Source of the DNA: Escherichia coli phage phiS
Sequence record: PP449093.1
Length of the DNA stretch: 64,000 nt
Reading direction: 5' to 3' (one strand)
In this document: positions 37,034 through 47,052 of the stretch, one piece after another
How the letters are laid out: every line of letters begins with the position of its first letter
How positions within the stretch are numbered: the stretch's first letter is position 1
The notes under the pieces: generated by a model
Databases searched by the model: none
Seen by the model: only the letters and a program-made list of their open reading frames with translations
What the model was told of the DNA's origin: nothing
Program-made: the position numbers and the translations under genes

Positions 37034-37059
37034 AGCCATCCTTCGGGGTGGCTTTTTTG
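37034..37059 (+). terminator. Rho-independent terminator
   Basis: AGCCATCC ttcg GGGTGGCT followed by TTTTTTG. Confidence 0.65.
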
Positions 37060-37222
37060 TTTTTGTGCTCGACAGAGCGATTTAGAGGCATATAATGGCA
37101 CGCATCGACCTGCTACTGTCATAGTGAGGCGAAGAAAATATTATGAATATGGGGTTGAAAATGGCGTTGATAACTGTTACTGTCCTATTCGTTGTTGTGT
37201 TTATGAATGTATGAGGTGAAGT

Positions 37223-37420
37223 ATGAATGAGATTGTACGATTGATCAAAGAAGCATCAATCGAGATGTATTTTCTGGCTTTGGTTGCAACAATGGTCTAT
37301 CAGCTAGTCGCATGTCATGTGTGGAAGTCAGAAAATGCGTTTATCCGGTTTATTGGTACTGTCATGATCCAGTTTCCGGTACTGATCACTATCCTGTTAA
37401 TCGTCAATGGGGCGAAGTGA
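37223..37420 (+). CDS. Small membrane protein (two predicted TM helices)
   Basis: Hydrophobic segments FLALVATMVYQLVA and VMIQFPVLITILLIV. Confidence 0.4.
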   Translation: MNEIVRLIKEASIEMYFLALVATMVYQLVACHVWKSENAFIRFIGTVMIQFPVLITILLIVNGAK

Positions 37421-37695
37421 TGGACAAGAAAACAGCGTTAATGGTTTACATGCTACGCGAAGACCACGGTCTTAATTTTGTTGATATTGCTAAGAAGATT
37501 GGCGGGATCAGCGGACAAGATGCGGCTAAGGCATGGTTGATGGTAAAAGATGCACGCGAGGCTTACGCCAGCCGTGAAAAGGTTGTTTATCGTAAACACC
37601 ACATCAACAAAAAATTTAAAAATAAAGTTCAAAAACGTGTTGACATGCCAAATAACACTGTTATAATGGACGCATTCAAACGGGCAATGTCCTGA
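37420..37695 (+). CDS. Hypothetical protein (91 aa)
   Basis: ATG overlapping preceding stop (TGATG). Confidence 0.4.
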   Translation: MDKKTALMVYMLREDHGLNFVDIAKKIGGISGQDAAKAWLMVKDAREAYASREKVVYRKHHINKKFKNKVQKRVDMPNNTVIMDAFKRAMS

Positions 37696-37741
37696 TTTGT
37701 AATTAATATTCTGAATAACTAATCAATAGAGGTGACTAATT

Positions 37742-38179
37742 ATGAAATTCCGTAAAAACCACGTAGCAATGAAAAAGGCAATGTTCGAAGCATTCAAAGC
37801 AGTTGATCAGGGCGGTGTTACTCTGATTGAGCAAATTAATGTTGATGTTTGGCAATCTCCGGCGATCACTTGCTCCCGTCTTGCTACGGCTGGCCTTCTG
37901 AAAGTTCACAGCTCTACCGCATACGACGAAGCATTGCAAGTTATTAAGGCTTTTGCTGGAGACGTTACCAGCAAGTGGGTCTATGAGAATAAAGGTGAAA
38001 TTGCGGTTGCTCACGTAGGCAACAATATCCAGATGGAAATCAAGATTAAGGAAGGGTCTAAACGCAATCAGATGCTTGTTCGCTTCCAGCCATACAAAAC
38101 TAACGTAGTGCCGGATGATCTGATCATCTCTAAGAGTAATGTTACCATTCGCCGAAATCAGATCGTTATCAACAAATAA
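37742..38179 (+). CDS. Hypothetical protein (145 aa)
   Basis: GAGG RBS; terminator downstream. Confidence 0.5.
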   Translation: MKFRKNHVAMKKAMFEAFKAVDQGGVTLIEQINVDVWQSPAITCSRLATAGLLKVHSSTAYDEALQVIKAFAGDVTSKWVYENKGEIAVAHVGNNIQMEIKIKEGSKRNQMLVRFQPYKTNVVPDDLIISKSNVTIRRNQIVINK

Positions 38180-38187
38180 TTAACATT

Positions 38188-38213
38188 AGCCGTCCTTCGG
38201 GGCGGCTTTTTTG
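38188..38213 (+). terminator. Rho-independent terminator (near-copy of the 37034 terminator)
   Basis: AGCCGTCC ttcg GGGCGGCT followed by TTTTTTG. Confidence 0.65.
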
Positions 38214-38592
38214 TATCTGTTATTAACATAATTTTAGTTTACATGTGCACAATATTAATACTGTTTGATTAAATTATGATCAAAACGAAGAAAGATCTTT
38301 AGAACATAGAAAATGTATCTTTGGTTAATTATTAATCACTACATATTGTAACACAAATGTTATACTCCGTAGGAGTTCGCGAAGCGATATCCTTTTGTGT
38401 AGTTTTTACATGTATGATTAAATTATGATCAAAACGAAGACTTATCTTATAGAATAATAAAAATTTGTTTCGAACATTTATTAATCAATTACTGGGAGTG
38501 TTTTATTGCTCGCTGTGCTCGCTTCCGCTACGCGGATACTTGTATTTGTTATTAACTTGTAGTATGATATTGCTTTCTATGGAGGAAATATT

Positions 38593-39180
38593 ATGTTTGA
38601 CCAGTTACAAGATCTATTTGGAGTAAAACCACTTCGTAGATGTGCTTTAATCGGCTCTAGAAAAGCGCCTAGCGACATTTTGATAATGGCTAGTACCATT
38701 GGGAGGGTATTGTCAGAAAATCGCGTTGTAGCGCATTCTGGAGGGGCTTACGGTATGGACAATGCTTTCATGAAGTATTACGATCCAGATTATAGAAAAA
38801 TTTTCATTCCAAATTGGAAGTTTTATGACCACAAGCATAACGGGCATGATGTGATTGCATGGCAAACCTTAGAACAAAAAAATCTGGCGATGGATGAATT
38901 AGAACATGTTTATGATAATCCTCGTTCTATACCGTTATACATGCAAAATCTGTTTTCTAGAAATGTTGCTCAAGTCTTAGGTGAGACACTTGATGACCCT
39001 GTAGATTGTGTGATATTTTGGGCGAAAGAAGTTAATGGAATCGTTTCGGGAGGAACTAGAATTGCTGTTTATGTTGCCCGTAGACATGGGATACCATGTT
39101 TTAACTTATATCATCAAGAAAATAGATCCGCCGTCGAAAAAATCTTGGGCGGATCTGACTTGTCTTGGTTAGATATTTAG
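38593..39180 (+). CDS. DprA/Smf-like (SLOG-type Rossmann fold) protein
   Basis: ALIGSRKAP, HSGGAYGMDNAF and GIVSGGTRIAVYVARRHGIPCFNL resemble the DprA/LOG nucleotide-binding family. Confidence 0.45.
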   Translation: MFDQLQDLFGVKPLRRCALIGSRKAPSDILIMASTIGRVLSENRVVAHSGGAYGMDNAFMKYYDPDYRKIFIPNWKFYDHKHNGHDVIAWQTLEQKNLAMDELEHVYDNPRSIPLYMQNLFSRNVAQVLGETLDDPVDCVIFWAKEVNGIVSGGTRIAVYVARRHGIPCFNLYHQENRSAVEKILGGSDLSWLDI

Positions 39181-40422
39181 TTAAGCGTTGTCAATCTCAA
39201 GCGGTGGCAGTTCGATTCCTAAAATGTAGGACATTTCTGAACGTCCAGCCATTTTACCCCAATCGTCACCCTTGATGACCTGGTGTTCTTCCTGATCAAC
39301 TTTTGATGTATATGGGTTGACAGAGAGTGAATAACGATTCATAATAGCTACATGATGCTGGAAGCTATTAGGGTCAATTACACTCTTATACGCGCCAGCG
39401 CCGTCGGCTTCTGTATATGGGGAGTAGAACAGAGAACCTACACTCTCCATATCACCGATCATGTGCTTACAACCAACGAGCATATAATCGAAAGGTGTTG
39501 TCGTGTCTGCGTACACTTCCAGACCGCAACGTAGACGACCTTCGCTTAGAGCATTGTCGGTTTCTTCCATCCATCCGGTAGATTGCAGGAGGCCAACCAC
39601 GCGAGAAGACGCCAAAACGTATGTACCAGCAAAGGAGGAAGTCCGCAACATTTGATTGCTCATTTCGCAAGCATAGCGGTAAAGTTCACGCGCTTGTGTT
39701 GGTGCATCCTGAACGCTAACGAGAGAAAGTATGCCATCAGGGGTGATCCCTTTAATTTTATAGCGAGATGATACAGTGATCAACTTCTGAATAATATCTT
39801 TGTTGATCTCTTCGGAAGCAACAGTAGCCAGAAGATCAATTACAGAGTTTTCAGAGTTGATTTGGCTTGCCTCAAGATCCTGCATTAATTCAGTGGTGAA
39901 CGAGGTTTTCAGTTTACGGGAACCTACATTAACCTGCCATTTATCAAACTGCATAGAGGTAGACGAAATTTCGGTGTTTTTATCTTCAAAGTATTCTACC
40001 GATGCACAATCGCTATAGAAACGAATTTTGTTTGTCATTATGCCTTTAAAGATTGCAGCTTCTGGAGTTTCGGCATCTTCACCGACTGTACCAGCGGTTA
40101 CAACTTCGTATACAACATCGTCTGATTTGAATAGTGCGCCTTCGTCATAAGATTTTTCTTTTGAAAACTCTTCAATCTCTGTGCGATCACCAGCCGCGCC
40201 ACCATAGGTTGTAGCAGTTCGGAAAGTCATCTGACCATCACGATTAAGATAACGTAGGCCGTACAATGCAGATACTGGTTGATCCGTTGGCTGGATTGCT
40301 ACCAGGTCAGAGAAAATCAGGTTGTTTACCGCGCGAGTTAATGATAATAGTTGCGGTCGCGCTGTCTGGTTAGCTACTGAGGAAGTAGATTCCCGCAACA
40401 GTTCAGTAAAAATATGAGTCAT
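39181..40422 (-). CDS. 24: Head vertex protein gp24
   Basis: N-terminus MTHIFTELLREST... parallels T4 gp24; gp23-like fold signature; late promoter 40462-40469. Confidence 0.85.
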   Translation of the reverse strand: MTHIFTELLRESTSSVANQTARPQLLSLTRAVNNLIFSDLVAIQPTDQPVSALYGLRYLNRDGQMTFRTATTYGGAAGDRTEIEEFSKEKSYDEGALFKSDDVVYEVVTAGTVGEDAETPEAAIFKGIMTNKIRFYSDCASVEYFEDKNTEISSTSMQFDKWQVNVGSRKLKTSFTTELMQDLEASQINSENSVIDLLATVASEEINKDIIQKLITVSSRYKIKGITPDGILSLVSVQDAPTQARELYRYACEMSNQMLRTSSFAGTYVLASSRVVGLLQSTGWMEETDNALSEGRLRCGLEVYADTTTPFDYMLVGCKHMIGDMESVGSLFYSPYTEADGAGAYKSVIDPNSFQHHVAIMNRYSLSVNPYTSKVDQEEHQVIKGDDWGKMAGRSEMSYILGIELPPLEIDNA

Positions 40423-40461
40423 GTTTATGAATCCTGTATTTGCCTTAATGGATATATCATA

Positions 40462-40469
40462 TTTATACA
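40462..40469 (-). promoter_or_regulatory. T4-type late promoter TATAAATA (gene 24)
   Basis: Reverse complement of tatttata, about 40 nt upstream of ATG 40422. Confidence 0.55.
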
Positions 40470-40506
40470 AAAAGAAAAAGGAATCCGAAGGATTCCAAAA
40501 ATAAAC

Positions 40507-40659
40507 TTACTTCTTCCTAGAAACATTATCAACGCTACGGTTAACTTTGTTTACCAGATTAATTGCATGATCAGAACGAATAATTGCATAAGCTAATGCT
40601 AACATCAATTCGTTGTATTCCTTACGAGTCATAACATAGCTGTTTTCTTTCTTACTCAT
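40507..40659 (-). CDS. Hypothetical small protein (50 aa)
   Basis: Strong AAGGAGGAAA RBS before ATG. Confidence 0.35.
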   Translation of the reverse strand: MSKKENSYVMTRKEYNELMLALAYAIIRSDHAINLVNKVNRSVDNVSRKK

Positions 40660-40934
40660 GCATTTCCTCCTTATGGAGAATTTGTGGTTAATTCAGGGAA
40701 CAGCGTACCAAAACCAAAATTACCGCTAGCGTCACGCTGAAATGTCATAACAAGGTCGGCATACACCAGATCTGTATATCTACCAAATCTATCCGACCTA
40801 ATACTCATTTCATTCATTGGTCCTTTGCCATGTAGTTACTACGAAAATTGGTGGAATTGTTTGTTGTGTATATCTATTTTAGCTCCCAATAGAATATAGG
40901 CTTGCAACCTTATTTATGACGGGTTATAATACGC

Positions 40935-40964
40935 AAAAAGGGAAGACCCTTTCGAGTCTTCCCT
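40935..40964 (-). terminator. Rho-independent terminator downstream of gene 23
   Basis: On the - strand GGGAAGAC tcgaaagg GTCTTCCC followed by TTTTT. Confidence 0.6.
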
Positions 40965-41048
40965 TTGGAATTAACACTTTACACTGTCATAAGGTTTATG
41001 ATAGGTCGGGTATTGCACCCGACCGGAGTTTTTCAGGAATGGCTTATA

Positions 41049-42635
41049 TTAGCAACCTTTAACCCATACACGACGGAAGTATGCGTTTTTACCTACGCTG
41101 TCTTTGCTCAACATACCGGAGGTGATGCGAGCGGACGGCGCCTGGGATTTGCTGTCAGCAAACGGGTTGATGCCAATGCCATAGCGAGTCTTGAAGCCCA
41201 GAACCGGGTGGAAAGACTGCGGATCAGTTGCACGCAGCGGAGTCAGAGCAACATACGGAGCATAGTAGATACCAGCATCCATTTCGTTGTCACCTTTGTA
41301 ACCTACGGTGAAGTAGTCCTGACGAGCATACTGGTCGATGAATACTTTGTACTTACCAGCCAGAACACCAGCGAAAACAGCTTTAGTGGTGTCGGTATTC
41401 AGACCTTTTGCAGCACCCTGCATAGCAAGACTGATACCCTGATCAGCAGAAGCCAGAATGTTTACAACGTTACGGGAAGCGATAACAAAGTTACCAGCAC
41501 CGCGACCAGTCTGACGAGCGATTTCAGCAGCTTCTTTGTCGATCTGGTAAATCAGAGACTTGAAGGATTCACCAGCCCAACGAGCACCGCGAGTATCAAT
41601 CGGGTCTTGCAGGTCAAATACACCAGCTTTAGAACCAACGGTCTGAGTCATACCAGTCTTACCAACCTGAGCGGTAAAGTTGATCACATCAACGATTTCA
41701 CGGTTGATTTCCAGCAGAACTTCGTTAGCCAGAATAGCATTCAGTTCAGCGTCAGCGTCCATACCGTGAACAGCACGCAGATCCTGCGCAACTTCGATAG
41801 AGTAACGAGCTTTCAGTTGGCGAGATTTCGCTTCAACAACCTGTTTGTCAATACGCATTGACATTTCAGCCCACGGGTTATTCTGAGAACCGTTAAAGCC
41901 TTCCTGAATTTCGGCAATGGAGGTCGCCATACCGAAAGCGATTTCAGCCAGATCGCCTTTTTCGATCAGTTTCATAACCGTTTCGTCTGGGGTTTCTTGA
42001 CCTGCTTTGGTCGGGGTTACTGCCCCTGCGGTAACGTTTTGCAGATATGCAATGCCAGTTTCTGCGAAGGTGTGGTATACAATATCACCTGCGTCAATCT
42101 GAGTACCGATTGCCAGTTGCTTGAATGCAGTACCAGTTGGAGATTCAGTCGTTGCACCTTTAGCAGCAAGAGAGCTATGGAAAGCATCAGGCGCATACAT
42201 CGGGTGGAATGCTTCTTTAGCCTGAGGCGCCAGCGGGTTAGGACCGTATACAGAACGGATTGCAAAGATCTGGCTAGTCGGAGTGCTCATCGGCTGAACG
42301 CCACAAATATCAAATGCGATCAGGTTAGGAATAGCACGGCGAACCATACCGATAACAGCCGGACCTACGTTGGTGATTGCGCCAGTAGTCTGACCAGCCG
42401 CGATGTGAGATGCGTCATAACCGTGGTCGCCAGCAACTTCGGCTTCTGCGATAAAGCCACCAAATGCTTCAACAACTTTTTCATCCTTATAGATCGGGTC
42501 TACAGCAAAATCCGCTTCCTGAGATTCCAGAATTTTAGCAACCAGTTTCTGCTTAGACGCAGTTGCGATTTCCGGCAGTTTTTCGTTCTCCAGCAGCGGG
42601 GACCATTTTTCCATCAGTTCTTTGGTAGTTTTCAT
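41049..42635 (-). CDS. 23: Major capsid protein gp23
   Basis: 528 aa; long conserved blocks (GPAVIGMVRRAIPNLIAFDICGVQPM, NAYFRRVWVKG) as in T4 gp23. Confidence 0.95.
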   Translation of the reverse strand: MKTTKELMEKWSPLLENEKLPEIATASKQKLVAKILESQEADFAVDPIYKDEKVVEAFGGFIAEAEVAGDHGYDASHIAAGQTTGAITNVGPAVIGMVRRAIPNLIAFDICGVQPMSTPTSQIFAIRSVYGPNPLAPQAKEAFHPMYAPDAFHSSLAAKGATTESPTGTAFKQLAIGTQIDAGDIVYHTFAETGIAYLQNVTAGAVTPTKAGQETPDETVMKLIEKGDLAEIAFGMATSIAEIQEGFNGSQNNPWAEMSMRIDKQVVEAKSRQLKARYSIEVAQDLRAVHGMDADAELNAILANEVLLEINREIVDVINFTAQVGKTGMTQTVGSKAGVFDLQDPIDTRGARWAGESFKSLIYQIDKEAAEIARQTGRGAGNFVIASRNVVNILASADQGISLAMQGAAKGLNTDTTKAVFAGVLAGKYKVFIDQYARQDYFTVGYKGDNEMDAGIYYAPYVALTPLRATDPQSFHPVLGFKTRYGIGINPFADSKSQAPSARITSGMLSKDSVGKNAYFRRVWVKGC

Positions 42636-42668
42636 GTTCTTTAAACCTTGTTTGTTGTTAACCTAAAG

Positions 42669-42676
42669 TATTTATA
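42669..42676 (-). promoter_or_regulatory. T4-type late promoter TATAAATA (gene 23)
   Basis: Reverse complement of tatttata, 34 nt upstream of the ATG. Confidence 0.6.
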
Positions 42677-42694
42677 AAGTAGATTTGAATTACA

Positions 42695-43489
42695 TTAGAT
42701 GAAATTCAGGTAGCGGGATACGCCGGAATCTACAGTTGCCTTTTTCTCTGATTCTTCGACAGCTTCTGCAATAACATTCAGCTTGTCGGCATCAGTATTT
42801 AGTGATTCTTCAATCTTCGCTGGTTTGTCTTCTTTCTTAGCCACCATTTCGACAATTGCAGTTAATTTCTTATCGAAAGTTTCGCTATATTCCAGACCTT
42901 CAATCAGCGCGGTTACTTTTTCTTTCTGAGTATCGGAAAGATCACGAGTGCTTTCATTGATCGCTTGTTCGCGCTTCATGTCACGAATTTCGCTTTCAAG
43001 TTGCAGTTTGGCATCAAAGAGTTCAGAGGTTTTTTCTTTTTCTTCTTTGAGTGCTTCGTCAAGTTCAGCAACAACGTCTACAGATTCTTCCGGTACTACA
43101 ACATTGTGAGTAACGAAAACATCTTTCAGAGAACCAATCAGGGATTCGCACAGATCCGCTTTAATATTACGGGTGACGGCTTCTTTATTTTCTGCCAGCC
43201 ATTTAGCGCCTAAGTGATTCAGGAATTTATCTGCATCTTCGTACAGTTTGGTTTCAATCTCGGTGCGTGCTTCTTCGACCTTTGATTCTACCAGTTCATC
43301 GGCTTTAGCGGCGATTTTTTCAAGGTGGCTTTCTGCCAGTGCAACAGCATTAGCTTTTACCGCCTGAGCGTAGATAGTACCAAAATTTTCTTTTACTTCC
43401 GGCGACAGTTCGACGGATTCAAACAGGTCATCGAGAGCAACGTCTACGGTGATCTGTTTTGCTTCTTCGAGCAGCATTTCTTTAAGCAT
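42695..43489 (-). CDS. 22: Prohead core scaffold protein gp22
   Basis: 264 aa, highly acidic coiled-coil; position. Confidence 0.75.
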   Translation of the reverse strand: MLKEMLLEEAKQITVDVALDDLFESVELSPEVKENFGTIYAQAVKANAVALAESHLEKIAAKADELVESKVEEARTEIETKLYEDADKFLNHLGAKWLAENKEAVTRNIKADLCESLIGSLKDVFVTHNVVVPEESVDVVAELDEALKEEKEKTSELFDAKLQLESEIRDMKREQAINESTRDLSDTQKEKVTALIEGLEYSETFDKKLTAIVEMVAKKEDKPAKIEESLNTDADKLNVIAEAVEESEKKATVDSGVSRYLNFI

Positions 43490-43520
43490 GGTTATAACCT
43501 TCTTGTTGATAACGACGTTA

Positions 43521-44216
43521 TTATTTATAGCGTTTAGATAACGCTTCTGCGAGCGCCATAAACGCGCTATTATTCGATTCTACGATGTTTTGTTGTGAGG
43601 CTGTAGGGTTAGTCACTTTTTCGGTTTTATCGCTTTCTGGTGCGTCTGACGCGCTAGAATCGCTATCCGTTGACTCAACCACCGGAGTTACCCACGCATC
43701 CGGTGCGCTCGGACCCCAAACAACATCAACACCAACCGTCAACACAAAACCTTCCTGTACAATATTGTATCCGCGACCAGAGTCTTTCAACCGACCCAAC
43801 CCACGGGAGGAAACGCCAGGAATCCAGCCAGCGCGAATCAGTGCAGCAAGTTTATCACCTGCGCCTTTATCCCCTTCAATAACACGGGCTTTACCCATCA
43901 CGTTATTACCTTCCCACCATAATTTTTCAATTATGATGCAAGCATTAGATGGATCTGGCATTGCTCTTGCTGGGTGATTAAGTTCGCCTAGAGCTTGATG
44001 TGTCTCAACTTGTTCATGTATGTATTTAGTAACCGCATTTTCTAGAACACTGCGAGGATACCAGCGTTTATTACGGTTTACCGTTTCGGCTTGCAGGAAA
44101 ATCCCTTGAATATAGAGATTTCCTGTAGCCTTATCATCAAATGATTCAAGCAATGACGAACTACCGCGAGCACAAGGAACGCCCCATTGTTCGATCAGTA
44201 ATTCGTTCTTTTCCAT
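43521..44216 (-). CDS. 21: Prohead protease gp21
   Basis: ALGELNHPARA, GWIPGVSSRGLG, WGPSAPDAWVTP blocks as in T4 gp21. Confidence 0.9.
   Translation of the reverse strand: MEKNELLIEQWGVPCARGSSSLLESFDDKATGNLYIQGIFLQAETVNRNKRWYPRSVLENAVTKYIHEQVETHQALGELNHPARAMPDPSNACIIIEKLWWEGNNVMGKARVIEGDKGAGDKLAALIRAGWIPGVSSRGLGRLKDSGRGYNIVQEGFVLTVGVDVVWGPSAPDAWVTPVVESTDSDSSASDAPESDKTEKVTNPTASQQNIVESNNSAFMALAEALSKRYK
43522..43529 (-). promoter_or_regulatory. T4-type late promoter TATAAATA (gene 22), inside the 3' end of gene 21
   Basis: Reverse complement of tatttata. Confidence 0.5.
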
Positions 44217-44227
44217 GTTGTTTCCTG

Positions 44228-44635
44228 TTATAATCCTAACGCCTTACGTTTACGCATTGCTTTTTTGCGCTTACGTTCCGCATGACGTTCGATAGATGGA
44301 TTTGCACGTTTGGTTTTTGCAGCACGACGGGCAATTTGACGGCGTTTAGCTTTGCTTAGGCCAGTAGTCATGTAAGCATTACGCTCACGGGTTTTGCGAT
44401 CTTTCTTACGTTCAACTTCCCCGCGTGCGTTTACATGTTTAACCATTGCTTCATTTACAGTAATTCCGTCGATGATAGACAGCATTGCTACCGCCAGTTC
44501 AGGCTCATCCTCGGAGATACCTTCAACGATTTTCAATAGTTCTTCTGACTCAAACATAGCCAACATGTCCAATTTTTCCTGTGCTTCCGGCAGAAAAGTT
44601 TCTAAGTCAGCTTTAGGAGTAAAATCTTTAATCAT
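44228..44635 (-). CDS. 68: Prohead core protein gp68-like
   Basis: 135 aa, basic C-terminus; position. Confidence 0.6.
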   Translation of the reverse strand: MIKDFTPKADLETFLPEAQEKLDMLAMFESEELLKIVEGISEDEPELAVAMLSIIDGITVNEAMVKHVNARGEVERKKDRKTRERNAYMTTGLSKAKRRQIARRAAKTKRANPSIERHAERKRKKAMRKRKALGL

Positions 44636-44647
44636 GTTGGCTTCCTA

Positions 44648-44890
44648 TTATTCGTCGTCTTCTTTGTCTTTTTTATCGTCTTTGCGATCTTCGTCTTCGT
44701 CGTCCTCATCTTCCATATCTTCTTCATCATCGCGGTCTTTTTCTTCTTCACCTTCGATCATGATACTGGATGCGATTTCGACACGCTGGGATTCGATGAT
44801 CTGGGCTTTTTTAGCCTCCATGATCTTATCAAATTCTTTTTCGATCAGCGTTAGATCGCGAGTTTTAATTGCTTCGATAAATTGTTTCAT
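44648..44890 (-). CDS. 67: Prohead core protein gp67-like
   Basis: 80 aa with D/E-rich tail; position. Confidence 0.6.
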   Translation of the reverse strand: MKQFIEAIKTRDLTLIEKEFDKIMEAKKAQIIESQRVEIASSIMIEGEEEKDRDDEEDMEDEDDEDEDRKDDKKDKEDDE

Positions 44891-46456
44891 TTAAAAATCC
44901 TCTATTTCATCGGGAGTTTGTTTAAAGCGCGGATCGTTCGCTTCTTCTTCGATCTGTTTCTTCTCGGTGTCCATCTGGTCATCGGTATATTTCAGAATGT
45001 CACGCATCACTGTCTGGTTAGAGAAATATTTACCAATGTAAGGTGTAATACGTTCGATTAGACCGATTCGACGTTCTAAAATTTCCGCGTCTTTAACTTC
45101 TGTATAGTAAGAGTCCCGATGGAAAACCACCTTGATATTATTTATTTCACGATCCCAATCGTCTTCCGTAATTACATTTTTGAGAATCAGATTATATTTC
45201 AGAGGATCGCGCAATACTTCCGAAAACTGTGATTGCAGAGTTCTAATGAATTTCGAAAATTCCAACTCATCGCGAGTAATTTCTGAACCGTCACCACCGA
45301 TCACCATATTAGCATCGGAGAGATTACTACGTGACAATGGCACACGCAACGCTTCATACAACTTACGGTTAAAGTAGCGAATATCATCGATATCACTCAT
45401 ACCGGATGCACCGGGTAAAGTAGTAACGTCGGTGATTGCTTTACCATCTCGACGCTGTAACCAGTAGTCCTCTGTCATTGATAGATTTGCTTGCTGGTTT
45501 TTAAGTTTACCAGTCGATGCATCATAAACAACGCGGTTTTTAAAAGACTGTGCCACTGAGTTCATGTGCTGTGCAGCCTTGCGGTTGTTCATGTTTCCGG
45601 TATCAATAAAGAACACTCGGCGTTCCGGTGCACGCGTGATACGATAAACGACCATTGCGTCTTCCAACAATTTAAGCTGGTTTGCTGGCTTAACCGCCCG
45701 ATGCAAATAACCAATGATATATTTATCATCGCAATCCATCAAGCCGCTGTGAGCGTATGTAATAGCACTACGCGGGATTTTAACGCGACTATTAGGAGAG
45801 AATACTTGACCACCTGCGCAATAAGAGCTATTACCTACAGTGTAGATGAAATATTCTTTCGTTGCTTTATAAATTTTACCTTCCGGTGTGTCTTCTGTAA
45901 TGATCTCTCGAACGTATTCAAGATTTCGTGGATCAAGCTGGCGTAATTCTACGATACCATCTTTTGGATTTTTGCCGATGATTTTATGGAAGAAAATACG
46001 AGAATCGACATACCAGCGACGGAACATATCCTGACCACGCTTATCAAACTGGATAGTGTTTAAAAGATCTTTAAATTCTTCATGAATGCGCTCTTTTACA
46101 GATTCACTAAAGCCAGTCGCCTCAAGATTTAATGAAACAACGTCATGACCGTCTTCGAATACAATAGCATCGTTAACGATATTTTGTACAGCGTTTTCGA
46201 CTTCATGGTTATTCATCAAACCGCGATATGTGTTAACTAATTGCTTAGTTGTACTGATTTTCTGGTCGGTGCTGTAAAATTGCTGGGTAAGAGAGTTCCA
46301 CGCGCTAGCAGGTGAATTATCATTAATTTCTACTTCCGTAGCACCATCATTGTTTTTAGGTGCGGCGATAGACTCTGCTTTATCTTTAATTTGTTCTTCG
46401 TATTTGTCGTTGTCAAAATCAGCCCAACGCGCAAGCATTTTTAATCTACTAAACAT
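44891..46456 (-). CDS. 20: Portal protein gp20
   Basis: 521 aa; FRRWYVDSRIFFHKII and YLHRAVKPANQLKLLEDA blocks as in T4 gp20. Confidence 0.95.
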   Translation of the reverse strand: MFSRLKMLARWADFDNDKYEEQIKDKAESIAAPKNNDGATEVEINDNSPASAWNSLTQQFYSTDQKISTTKQLVNTYRGLMNNHEVENAVQNIVNDAIVFEDGHDVVSLNLEATGFSESVKERIHEEFKDLLNTIQFDKRGQDMFRRWYVDSRIFFHKIIGKNPKDGIVELRQLDPRNLEYVREIITEDTPEGKIYKATKEYFIYTVGNSSYCAGGQVFSPNSRVKIPRSAITYAHSGLMDCDDKYIIGYLHRAVKPANQLKLLEDAMVVYRITRAPERRVFFIDTGNMNNRKAAQHMNSVAQSFKNRVVYDASTGKLKNQQANLSMTEDYWLQRRDGKAITDVTTLPGASGMSDIDDIRYFNRKLYEALRVPLSRSNLSDANMVIGGDGSEITRDELEFSKFIRTLQSQFSEVLRDPLKYNLILKNVITEDDWDREINNIKVVFHRDSYYTEVKDAEILERRIGLIERITPYIGKYFSNQTVMRDILKYTDDQMDTEKKQIEEEANDPRFKQTPDEIEDF

Positions 46457-46514
46457 TATTCACCTCGAATTGGGAGAAATTAAGCGGGGAACTTCTCCCC
46501 GCATGATAATATAT

Positions 46515-47009
46515 TTATTCTACCCAATCGATAGCAAAAGTAACTTCAAACGTTTCAACTTCGTTGTTTTGTTCCCAATCGAGGGTTACTTCACCAACGT
46601 TGGTCGGGAAAATACCGTACAATGTTTTTTCGCTAGTTGATTCGGTGTTACGGTTAAGTTGACGAACAATAGCTTGTTTCTTATATTGTGCAGGAGTTGC
46701 ACCAGTGATCGCCGAACCTGTGCCATGTGTCTGATCGCTCCATGCAACGATAGCATCACGGATCTTGTGTGCGTCATCGTTGAATACAGTGATGGTCCAG
46801 TCGTCGTATACACGGTCGCCAGCGATGTTAATTTTACGGTTTTGATAGCCTACAGCAATTTTTTCTACGGTTGCGGCCGGGACAGTCGCAGCCTTACACA
46901 TCAGCTTAAAGTTTTGCCCCAGATACGGGATCTCAACTTCAAACAGGTTAGGACGAGCAAAATCGCCAGACTCGAAACCGCGTGTAATATCATTCAAATC
47001 GAGTGCCAT
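46515..47009 (-). CDS. 19: Tail tube protein gp19
   Basis: 164 aa; position. Confidence 0.85.
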   Translation of the reverse strand: MALDLNDITRGFESGDFARPNLFEVEIPYLGQNFKLMCKAATVPAATVEKIAVGYQNRKINIAGDRVYDDWTITVFNDDAHKIRDAIVAWSDQTHGTGSAITGATPAQYKKQAIVRQLNRNTESTSEKTLYGIFPTNVGEVTLDWEQNNEVETFEVTFAIDWVE

Positions 47010-47052
47010 AATTGATATTCCTTAATAGAGCGGGGATTTTCTCCCCGCTTGA

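Noticed and set aside
40965-42644. Long + strand ORFs (298 and 215 aa) opposite the major capsid gene
   Set aside because: Antisense to gene 23, whose identity is unambiguous; no start signals.
44394-44894. 166-aa serine-rich + strand ORF
   Set aside because: It is the antisense reading of the acidic gp67/gp68 region (D/E codons read backwards give S-rich repeats), an artefact of low-complexity sequence.
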